From: Convolutriloba macropyga
Lineage: Eukaryota
Assembly: GCF_964194025.1 (NCBI RefSeq)
Contig: NC_134473.1
Location: 5,332,001-5,396,000 of the forward strand
Reading direction: 5' to 3'
DNA length: 64,000 nucleotides
Position numbers and translations under genes: made by a program. The notes below the pieces were generated by a model. The model had not been told where the DNA came from and made no database searches. It saw only the letters and a program-made list of their open reading frames with translations. Position 1 is the first letter of the stretch. Every line of letters starts with the position of its first letter. This document shows, piece after piece, positions 1 to 10,097 of the stretch.

Positions 1-1363
1 AACATTGAACGATTTCCGGTTAACATGTATCCGGCCAATCTATTGTTTTCGTTAGACAATGCATTGATCATTTGGATTTGAGTGCGTCTGAGCTCGCACA
101 TATTTTGTAAAATAAGGAAGTCAGACTGTTCCAAATCACGATAGACCTTATACATCATGAAATTAATTTTCATACGCATATGAGCATCATAATCGATAGT
201 GTCTTTTCCAACGTTTTCAAGAATTTTTTTATGATTTCCAAAATGTTGACTACCAACTAGCTCGTTTTTAGGTGTCTCGTAAAAACCGTTCACCCTTATT
301 TTGTTGTCGGTGCCGACCTGCATTTTGTAATAATGAACACTATTTTTCGAAATTACGGTTTTTCCCGAATTCATATCAAATCCGCCTGTGAAGGAAACAA
401 ATAAATCATCAAAGTTTGTAATAAACAAAGGAGTAGGCTTTCCACAAATATAAGTTCTTTCATTATTTATCCTCAGTTTTATGTCTCGCGTGTGGTCTAT
501 TTTCATGTTGTTTTGCAAACGATAAACATCATTTTGCATGTCGTGCGTACTTATGATGTAGTATTGTGGTGGATCTGGTTCGTTCGTGAACTTTATCAGT
601 TTTGCGACTTGAGTGAAAAGTTTTGTAACAATGCAATTTTCTGGCACATCCCATGAGTAAGCGAAGGGGTCTAGTGATGTTGTTTCACAACCTCCTTCCT
701 TGAGTTCGCATGGAAGTTTTAATCCTAATGGGGTAAAAACTGATTTTGTTTCCTGATCAACTTCGAGTTCAACTCTTTGCATTTGTGTTTCAAAGGAATA
801 AAGTTTTACTTCTCCTGACGCAGAGCAATCTGTGTTATCTTCTAAGTGGTCGTCCTCATTCAGACCACCGTGTGTGTATTGGTGTTTTAAAACTTCATTT
901 GAAATGTCTAGCTTATAAGTTCTATCGTACTCTGTTATTGCAATTTTTCCTGTTTTGTTTGCACGTCTGCATTCTTCTGGCGTTACTATGACGTCAGTTG
1001 TAAGAGAAATTTGGTCATATGCTAATGAAGAGTGCGATAAAAATCCACAGTGACATCTTAAAGCTTGCGATTTTACTCGACACATCACTGCTTCTACGTT
1101 TGTTCTGTATGATCTTTGATACAGTGTCACCGTTGCAGGTGCAACTTTAATATTTTCCGGTTTAATGTTGCATTGAGCTACTTGATTTAAAGCATACATT
1201 TTGCTTTCTTTCATTTTTGAACAGTTATAATGAACAACTTTTAAACTTGTAACGTAGGGGAGATGTCATCCAACTCATTTCTAACTGAGGGTCTACAAAA
1301 AGATACAACAGTAAAGACAAACAAAACAGTTAAATATTTATAAAGGAAGTTATTGTTTATCAT
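1..1363 (-). pseudogene. env: env-like glycoprotein (chuvirus-like class III fusion protein), 3'-partial; one frameshift near 1262-1270 separates the signal peptide from the ectodomain
   Basis: Manual translation: ATG 1363 gives MINNNFLYKYLTVLFVFTVVSFCRPS (hydrophobic signal). A second frame is open from ~1266 to base 1 (~420 aa): HYNCS..ALNQVAQC..MCRVK..RCHCGFLSH..TPEECR..LPCELKEGGC..YSWDVPENC..ICGK..QNMCELRR..LAGYMLTGNR. Absent from the ORF track because no stop lies inside the window. Confidence 0.85.
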
Positions 1364-1512
1364 AATAACTTTATTTTATTAGTGATTGACTAAGTTTTTG
1401 GTTTTTTTAGTGTCAGAAAGCTAAGAGTAAGTCTGGAAGAAGTAAGAGAAAAGGTCTCGGAAGTTAATTTTCCGATGGTTTGAACCTTTAAAGTAAAGAT
1501 ATAAGGTAAGAT

Positions 1513-4500
1513 TTAAGTAAATCCCGCTTGATAGCGAGTAGTAAGTTTTTTCAATCGTCCCGAAATTCGACGATCGATTCGAGATGAACGTTGATCATCC
1601 GAGGGAGTTGGGTTTGCTTCGGGTGATTGTACACGGGTTTGGTTTCTAACAGGGCTGACTCTAATGTCAGGTGGATCTGCAAAACGAATACGTGTTTCAG
1701 GATATGGGGTAGAACTTCTAGTCCTACTACGACTACGGTTATCAGGTGTTTGTGTGTTATCTACAAACGTAGTTGAAAAACCTTCTTGAAATCCTGAATC
1801 AGGTTTTGTTATTGTGGTATTGTTATCTTCAAATGTTTTTTCATGATTATTTTCATTTTGTATGTTATCCTTATTACTTGTAAAATTGTCTACTGGGAAA
1901 AATTCAGTTTCAGTATAGGGTTGTTGAAAGGAAAATTTATCCACTGGCTTATTAAGTTTTTCAACTTGTTTATTCATTAAATTTTTGTAGAATGGTTGGA
2001 AGTTTTCATTCCTTAAACCATAGTCAACAACTAATTCTGAAATTGCGTTTTCGATTGGGAAGTACTCAATTAGATGGTTTCTATGGGCAACTTTTTTGAC
2101 AGTTTTGTTTGAAACAAGTTCTATTTCGTAATTTACATTTGTCAATTTTTTTGTTACTTCATACGGTCCTGATCTTATTTCTTATTTCATGTAACTTTTT
2201 GGATTTTCCGTCCTCGAATGAGTGGTTTTCCATTAACACTAGTTGTCCTACGTCTAAAGGCTTACCTAGTTTATGTTTGTTTCTGTTTTGATGTGCCTTA
2301 GAGTTAACTTCTAGGCTTCTGTTGTATGCAGTTTTGTAAATTTGATGGAATTGATTTTCACGAGCAAGCAATGAACTACTTAGTTTTGGTTTTAGTAGTT
2401 TATCTATTTGATCGTTGTAGCTACTTTGTTCTGAATGCTTGTGGAGTGGTAAATCTTTGCAAAATTCTGAATTACAAGTTAAATCGGAAGACCTTAATAA
2501 TCCTGATTTCAGAGAAAAGGGAATTTGGGGCTTTTGGCCAAAAACGATTTCGTAGGGTGTTAATCCTGTACTAGTGTTTGCTGTTGTGTTATGAGCAAAC
2601 GCGAACTTTGGTGCTAAGTCACTCCAATTACGATTAGCTTGTTCAAAAAAGATTCGGAAATGTGTGCCAAGATGTTTGTTTTGGATCTCAACTTTTCCGT
2701 TGGTCCAGGGAGAGTATGCTGTTCTAGGAGCATGCGTAATTCCAAGTTCATGAGTCCAACTTGTGAACTCCTCGTTCATAAAGGCTGATCCTTTATCATA
2801 CACAAGTTTTTGTGGTATACCAAAAGTAAGAAAAAATTTCTCAAGTGCTGATATTGTTTCACTTGCTGATGTTGATGAAACTGGGTAAACGTGGATGTAA
2901 CGAGAAAAGGAATCAATTAATACTAAGCAATGTTTATTTCCGTTCGATGGTGGATTTATTGGACCTTTGTGATCTATATGTACCGTGTGGAAGGGGAAAG
3001 GTACAGTTTCTGTCCATTTTTCAAGTGGTGCTTCGTTTAAGTCTTTGCGTTTTTGTTTATTTTTTTGACAGTCTAAACAATTCGCTATTAAGTGAGAAAC
3101 CCATTTATATAAACCTGGCCAATAGAAAAAGCGTTTTATGCTTGACAATGTTTTATCTTTTCCAGAGTGTCCAGAAAGCGAATCTTGATGAGCTAATTCA
3201 AAAATTTTTAAGAAGAGGGATAATGGTGCGCATATTTTGATGTTTTGAATATTTGGATCTTCAGTTGGTTGTTTAATACATAAAATGTTTCCAATTAGGC
3301 AAAGATTTTCGAAATTATTCAAGTACGTTTTCATGGCTTTTGATTGTCGGAATTTTACATTTTTCTCATCTTTGTTTCCTGATTCAAAAAGTTGTCTTAC
3401 AGTCTGAATGACTGGGTCTTTGAATTGTTCCTGGCTTATTGCTGTTATGTTCAAGTCAATATCTTTAGCAAAACTAGATAATTTCTCAATGAGTTCTTTT
3501 CCATCTGAAAATTCGTTATTTTCACAAATTGGTTTTGCTAGTCGAATACTTGCTATTCTATCAAAGTTTGCTTTGCTTGCTTCAATCTCTTGCTCAAGAC
3601 TCATGTCATCTATTTCTAAATCTGACAATTCAACAGAATTTAGCAAAGGGTCGTCTTCTGTTGTAGAAATTTTTTCAAAATGCTCTTTTTCTTTTTCTAA
3701 ATTATCATCAAACTCTAAAGACAAGTCAGAGTAGTAGTTTTCACTGTCGTCTTGTTCGCTTAGGATTGGCTCTTTTAGTGGGAACTTTCCACGATAGTGA
3801 TTTATTGCATTTCCTTTCAAGAAGGATTCTGATATGTCCGAAGTTGAACAAATTCGATCACTGGGTTTATAGTTTGTCTGAAAAAATTGTTCATTTTCAA
3901 AATTCAATTTTTGAACACCTTGAAAAGTTTGCTTTAGAATGGGGTAGCAATCGTTTTTCTGTCCTTTTTCATTGTCATGCAACACGAAGTATTTTTCTTC
4001 GTTGCCTGACTCGTCATAAAATTTAATGTCTTTCGGGATTTTTTTGTGCTTCAGTTGATACTTGTCTAAGTCCTTTATCGAGACGTTTCTACTAAGAATG
4101 TCTGGAAAGGCTAGGTTTTTGCCTTCTGTCCAGATTATTTTCAAGTTTTGAAATTGTGAAATGACAAGTTGATAGCGGAAAAATCGATGAGATAATTTTC
4201 CTTTGCGTCCCCAAAGATACAGTAGGGGCTTGTGGTCTGTGTAGAGATACACTGGATGTGGGGAACCTATTATGTAATGCTCATATGTTTGTAGAGCAGA
4301 AATTACACCACACAGTTCTCTGGCTGTTGTACTCATTTTTTGCTCATCTTTTGTGTAAATTCGAGAATTAAACGAAACTATCCGTTTTCCGGTAGGAAAT
4401 TCTTGGACTAAAATTGAACCAACACCAATTGATGATGCATCTACAGGAACATGGAAGGGGTATCTGGTGTCAGGAATTGCTAAGACTGTATCTTCACCTA

Positions 4501-6609
4501 TACGATCCTTAATTTCTCTGAACACCTTTTCGTTTTCATCTGTCCATTGAAATGTGGTTTCAGTTTTTATGAGATCGTAAAATGGCTTACTGTCTACATG
4601 CAGATTTTTTATGTACATGCTGTAAAATCCTAAACAACCTAGGACTCGCATTACATCTCGCTTATTCTCAGGTGTCTTTAAGGCTTTCAGATCTTCAACC
4701 TTTTTTTACTGGTTGAATTCCGTCTTTTCCTACTACGTGTCCTAAGAATTGTACTTTGCGCAAAAAGAATTTCGTTTTCTCAGGCTGAGCTTTCAGTCCT
4801 GCTTTGCGTAGCAAGAGGTGGTACTTTTTTATTATTGAGTACATCTCTTCAGCTGTCTGAGCTTGCATGATTGTGTCATCAATATACGTTACGGCTTGTC
4901 TAGATTTTATTAAAGGTGCAAAGTGGATTGTCATTATCCTACTGAAAAAGTTTGGTAGTCCGCAAAGTCCGTAAAAACCACGTTGAAACGTTTATTGTTT
5001 TGAACCTATTACGAAACTCGTCAATTGTTGTGTTTCCTCCGTCAGAGGGACTTGATTATATGCAGAACATAAATCACTTGTAGTGAAGTAGTTTCCGTTT
5101 AGTCTAGTCAATAAAGAACCTATGGGCTCTAGAGGCCATGAATACTTACTTAGGTCTGTTATTGAATTTAGATATCTAGCGTCTATTACTAGTTTCACTA
5201 TGTTTCCCTTTGGAAGGATGATAACAGGATTAATAAATGACGATCCCGTTTCAGTGTCGTCTCCCATTTCTCGAATTATTCCTGTTTTACAAAGCTGATC
5301 TAGCAAAATTTCAAGTTTTTCCTGATGGTGCAATGGCACTCGTGATGGTCTTTGCTTAGTCAATGTTGAATTTGGTAGAAGTTTTACGTGAAATTTTTGC
5401 TTTATTTTGCCAACGTCATACTTGTGCTGAGAGTAGACGTCCTTGTCTCTGGCAAGAAGTTTCATGAGATCTAGTAATTGTGCATCATTAATGTCAGATT
5501 GACTGAAGTCAAATTTTTTGAGAAACTCACGGTCTGATTTACTAAACATTTCCAATTTTTCTGGTGGTATTTGTTGTGGTCGAATTTCACCTTCTATTGT
5601 TGCTTTTGGTTTTAAGTCTTTTAGATCTTGACTAAAATCTGTTTCTAATTCATTGTGGTCTGCAAATTCTTTTTCTTGAACCTTTTTCTGAGCTTTTTTC
5701 AACTTTTGTCTAATATCTGTTTTGTCTAATTTCGGATTTTCTAAAGTCTGAATTGGGTTTTCAACTTTTTCAGTCACATGAAAGATGTGATTGAAATCTG
5801 TTTCAGTTTCTGTTAAGACATCTAAGAACGCGACGTTATCAATCAGTGTGTACTTTTGTGTTTTTTTTACAAATTTCTTCCAAGGTGTATCCTATTGAAC
5901 CTTTATCTATTGTTACTTTACGATCACCAGGGTTATTAAGCATTATTGGCAACTCTTTTTCTTTTCTAACACAATAGACGTTGTATGTGTAAATACCTTT
6001 GTCCTGGAGTCGATTGTCAATTATAAATGATGTTCCTTGTTTGAAAAATTGGTTTGATGGTGTAATTGTTAGTACTCTGCTAGATTTCGGTGCTAGTTCG
6101 AAAGGTCTGTTAAGTACAACTTTTTCAAATTTACTTACAAAAGGATAACTTTTTGTTTGATATTTTGAGAGCGTGATTGAGACGTTTGGATAAATTTTTA
6201 AGTTCATTTTTGGAGTTGTGAACTCAATTGATTTTGTTGCAAAAATCAAAAAGTCCATTCCTAGGATGTTTAATTCGCAACCGTTTTTCTCTGAAACCCA
6301 TGTTTTGAGATCTGAGTAATATTTGCCTTCAATGTCAAATGAAATGGGGACATGAATGTAGCCTAACAATTTTAATCGTTCACCGTTGACTGCAATTGTT
6401 TTTTGTTTTGACTCAATTAGTTTAACATCAATCAGTGACTTAAGTTCTTGTAGAAAATCAAAGTTTATTAAGGAACACGTTGCTCCTGTGTCAACTAGAA
6501 ACTGCAATTCGAAACCGTTATGTTTATTACTGTCTCCAACGGCGTGAATGTACAAGTTAATAAAAATGTTTGTCTTTTTATTTTTGTACGGAGACTCGTC
6601 TAGTTTAAA
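1513..6609 (-). pseudogene. pol: pol polyprotein (aspartic protease, RT, RNase H, integrase with GPY module and long C-terminal tail), disrupted
   Basis: FLVDTGAT protease; YIDD RT; VDASS/RELC/YTDHKPL/PDILSR RNase H; H..H..CLDC and HID/YDKG/NGKVE integrase. Lesions: frameshift in A-run ~5861-5868, in-frame TAA 4992-4994, frameshift in A-run ~4701-4707, 7-bp duplication 2174-2187. Confidence 0.95.
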
Positions 6610-7885
6610 TTAATTTCATCTTGTTGATTGTCCACAAAGAATCCATTAACTTTATTTTCTCTGAATTGAACTCCGTTTGAGTTACGGTCTCTACTGTTAT
6701 CTCTAGAATTCTGATTAGAACTGTTACTTCTTCTATAATCCTGTCTTGGACTGCTTGACTCACGATACCTTGTTCGGGAATCGTTTCGATCATATTGTCG
6801 TTCCCTGGAATAGTTCCTATAGTCCTGGGGTCTACGATCGTTGGATCTGCTATTATAGCGTCGATCTCGATTCTCAAAGCTTTGTGAGCGATTTCTGAAG
6901 TTCTCAGATCTAGGATGGGGAGAGTATTGTCTGCGGTTGTCTTGGTTGTAGTAACTGTTACGTGGTCTAGTGTCTTGTCTGTATCTGTTCTGATTTATAT
7001 CATAACTATCTTTTCTTGGACGACGTCCTCTATAGCTTTGATAGTTATCTCTGAACTTATCTCTTTGCTGTGGTTCCTGTCTGTTTTGTTCTTTAAAGTC
7101 TCTGTTTGCATAGCAATATGCTATTGTGTGACCTGACTTTCTGCAAAATTTACAAAATCGTGTGTGATCTTGTTTATTTCTAGGCTCGTTTGGGTTGTAG
7201 GCTGCGCTAATTCTGTGGTTTTTCATTAAACTTGCTAATTCTTAGAGCTGGTCTTTTATACCATCTATCTCCATTTTGTTGTCTATGCTGCTAGATGCTG
7301 TGCCTGTGAAATCACTACTTACTGCAAAACTTAAGTCTTTAGTGCTAACTTGATTTCTAAGTTGTTCCCATGTTGCGTTAGGTGTTTCTATCAAATATTG
7401 ATGCGCTTTTTGTTTAAGTGCTGGAGGAGTTAGTCCTCTTACAAAAAATTCCATACACTTAGTTTGCCTTTGAGCATCTGTGAATGGGTCTGGCCATCCC
7501 TTTTCCACTGCTTTTGTTAGTCTGTGTACGTAACTTTTGATTAATTCATCTGGTTGTCTACGAATGTTTTCTACCTCAATTCGTTTTCTATACTTGTCTT
7601 TCTCGTCTGTGAATCTATTTAGGAAACCTGTCCTAACATCATCCCATGGTTCCGCTGCGGGCAAAGAATCGAACCATTGGGCTGCTGGTCCTCTTAAGAC
7701 TGAGCCAAATAATGCTTTTCTACGTGCGTCATATGCATTTTGTGCATCTCCTTGTCCTGGTCTAATTCCTAATGAAAACTCTATTTTTCTCTCTATTAGA
7801 CTTAGAAAATCTGCTACGTCCTCACTTGGGTTAAGCCTGTAAACTTTTCCAGAGAAATGTCTGGGTATGCTACGATGTTAGCCAT
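6600..7885 (-). pseudogene. gag: gag (capsid domain, CCHC knuckle, RS-rich tail), disrupted
   Basis: ATG 7885 MANIVAYPDISLEKFTG; frameshift ~7830; LRGPAAQWF..W..FLNRF capsid motif; in-frame TAA at 7242-7244; CKFCRKSGHTIAYC knuckle. Confidence 0.9.
6603..6609 (-). promoter_or_regulatory. -1 programmed ribosomal frameshift slippery site U UUA AAC at the gag/pol junction
   Basis: gag ends AAT TTA AAC TAG; the heptamer is in X XXY YYZ phase and the -1 frame runs open (LDESPYKNKK..LYIHAVG) into the protease ORF. Confidence 0.8.
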
Positions 7886-8043
7886 TTTTGTTTTAGGGTT
7901 TTTGTTGAATTATTACTAAGTTTTTATCTGAAAAAGATACTATAAACGAAAGAAGCAATATAAAAGTCTAATCAAAAGAATTTGAAGCTATGAAAAGGTC
8001 AAACAATTTTTTATAGAATTTAGAAAATATTCAGACAATTTGC

Positions 8044-8289
8044 TTAAACAAATGGTCCTATCTCAAAAACACTATTTGGGGTACGAAGTGCGTCTAAAAT
8101 ATGGTTAAACTTTGGGTTGTTTTCCGCATGTGTTATGTAACAAGCTAGTCCTGGAATGTTATCAAAATTAATGAAAATGTACATATATTGCTTTTTCTTA
8201 TCTAATTTATAACTAGTAACCTTGCCTGTATTATGACCAAGTTTGATAATAATATTCAAGAAGTTAGCGTCAATATTCATTGAATTCAA
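8044..8289 (-). CDS. possible small accessory ORF in the 5' leader of the gypsy element
   Basis: 81-aa sense-strand ORF between LTR and gag; no recognisable domain. Confidence 0.3.
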   Translation of the reverse strand: MNSMNIDANFLNIIIKLGHNTGKVTSYKLDKKKQYMYIFINFDNIPGLACYITHAENNPKFNHILDALRTPNSVFEIGPFV

Positions 8290-8736
8290 CTTTTGCTCTA
8301 AAAAAGGTGTAATTTTAGACAGTATTAGTTACAAAATTAGGTAAAATTTTAGTGAAGTAGAGTTCAATATAACTATTGGGCGTGAATTTCACCACTTGAA
8401 CATATTGAATTTGTACTTTATAAGTTTTATCTTTGAAAGTTTATTGTCACTTGTTTCAATCCAATATTGAACCTCTTAATAACTAGTACACTTTGTACGC
8501 ACCTTTGCATTTTTTGTGTTGTTGTGCAATATGTAAACTGCAAGTTTGCTTAAAATTTTATACCTAATAACCCTCATCAGTATCTCAAAGTTGTAACCTT
8601 TTAACGCGTTTTTTATTTAATATGTTGCTTTTTAATTTGCAACTTTTTGTAAAAACTATTATTGTTTCTTTAATAATCTTAATGAAAACTTTGTACGATA
8701 GAGCACAATTTTTCTCTTCTTTAAACCGGGGTGAGC

Positions 8737-10097
8737 TGTAGTATTGCTAATATGGTAAAATGTCCAGTTCTGGTAAGTCTTTAATGATCAGTCAGACCAC
8801 CTTGCGCTTTTACTAGAGAATTTCAGCACTGGTTTAATTCAATTTTGATCATTTGCTAAGGACCAGTGCTCAAAATAAGCCGATTGCAATGGTGTATACT
8901 AAAAACACCCGTGAAATACCATTTGATAAAAGTGAACATCACGAGCATGTCAAGTTCTTAAGTTCGGCTTAATTTTAAATGTTTCAAATAATCAAAACTT
9001 TTCGTTGTTGCAGAAAAAAGTTTATTTCATAAACAATTGTCACAGTTAAAAAAGAGTTTGAATCGTAAATTTCTATCGATGCTTTTTCTTGAACGCTTTT
9101 AACTGAAAGCTGTCAAATATCGAAAACCATATTTTCAGCCGAGAGATAGCGCCCATAGATTTATTTTTAACTCTGATGTGGTAGGTATTTTATTCGCTTG
9201 ATCTTAATTACCACACTAGAGCTAAACCTATTCTATTGTAGCGACCTTAATTACGTGCTAGAATAAGTCTCACTATATGCTCACAATGTTCTTTGCTAAT
9301 TTCCAAATCTATGTGTTATTTGCTAGAAAATAAAATTGATTAGATACAAAGATTAATTAGTGAATAGACAGAAAGGATAGAGCACAATTAGGGGGTAAAT
9401 CTTACTTGAAAATATGGTGGGATATCTAATCTTAATCAATAAATTGAATCCATCTTACTGCTGGATGTGAACATTACTCTAACTCTAATTTTGCTATAAA
9501 ATTGGCAGACTTACAATCGCTGCTGATATTTCCCTCTTAGCTGAGGAGTAGATATTTCGCTCTAACAGCAGTGAGAGGAAGAGAGAGAGAGAAATTTTTT
9601 GGTTGAAACTCAAGCGTCTTACGTTCGCGCTGGTTGAGTTTGGTCTGATTTCCTTCAGCAGCAAGCTCTAAGCTCGTGCGTGTTTATAACTGAGTCAACA
9701 CGACTAAAAAATCACAAGACTTATGACTAGCTCCGAATCAATTCCTAGGTCATTCGTGGAGCCGACTATTACTCGTCTTTAGTCATATATTCGTTTCAGG
9801 CTTGCTGCTGAAGAACGGCCTGGATAGCTTCAGTATCCTTCACTTAGTACGCGTATTAATAACGGCAGTGAATCAGCCGGTATGGCCTGCTCCATAGTGT
9901 ATTAAATAATACACAGCAGTATTTGGCTATGAATAATGTATTCATTCACTCAACGCAATTTACGCAGCATAGCTCTCTCTAGAATATTCCGTCAGTTTAG
10001 ACTAAGTCTAAAGTGTTCACGAAGTCGACGGTTAAATAATTATACTCTCTGTAGTATCAATAATTGCGGCGGCAATTATCCAATTAGCAATACTACA
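8737..10097 (-). repeat. 5' LTR of the gypsy element (contains a 339-bp foreign segment at 8826-9164)
   Basis: TG...CA ends with a perfect 15-bp terminal inverted repeat TGTAGTATTGCTAAT (8737-8751) / ATTAGCAATACTACA (10083-10097). Right boundary agrees with the empty-site copy at 12301-12312. TATA-like TTATAAA on minus near 9683-9689. Confidence 0.7.

Larger units (their letters stand above)
1..10097 (-). mobile_element. Ty3/gypsy (Metaviridae) LTR retrotransposon with env-like third ORF; 3' part runs off the window start; non-functional copy
   Basis: Minus-strand order LTR - leader - gag - PR - RT - RNase H - INT - env; gypsy-type RT motifs (LVIDARYLN, YFTTSDL, YIDD); several nonsense and frameshift lesions. 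Confidence 0.95.

Noticed and set aside
1248-1297. TGTAAC...CTACA segment resembling a tiny LTR
   Set aside because: Only 50 bp and lies inside the env reading frame; no second copy
746-7842. Plus-strand ORFs over the gypsy element (e.g. 2845-3240, 3408-3734, 7537-7842)
   Set aside because: Antisense shadows of gag/pol/env with no motifs of their own
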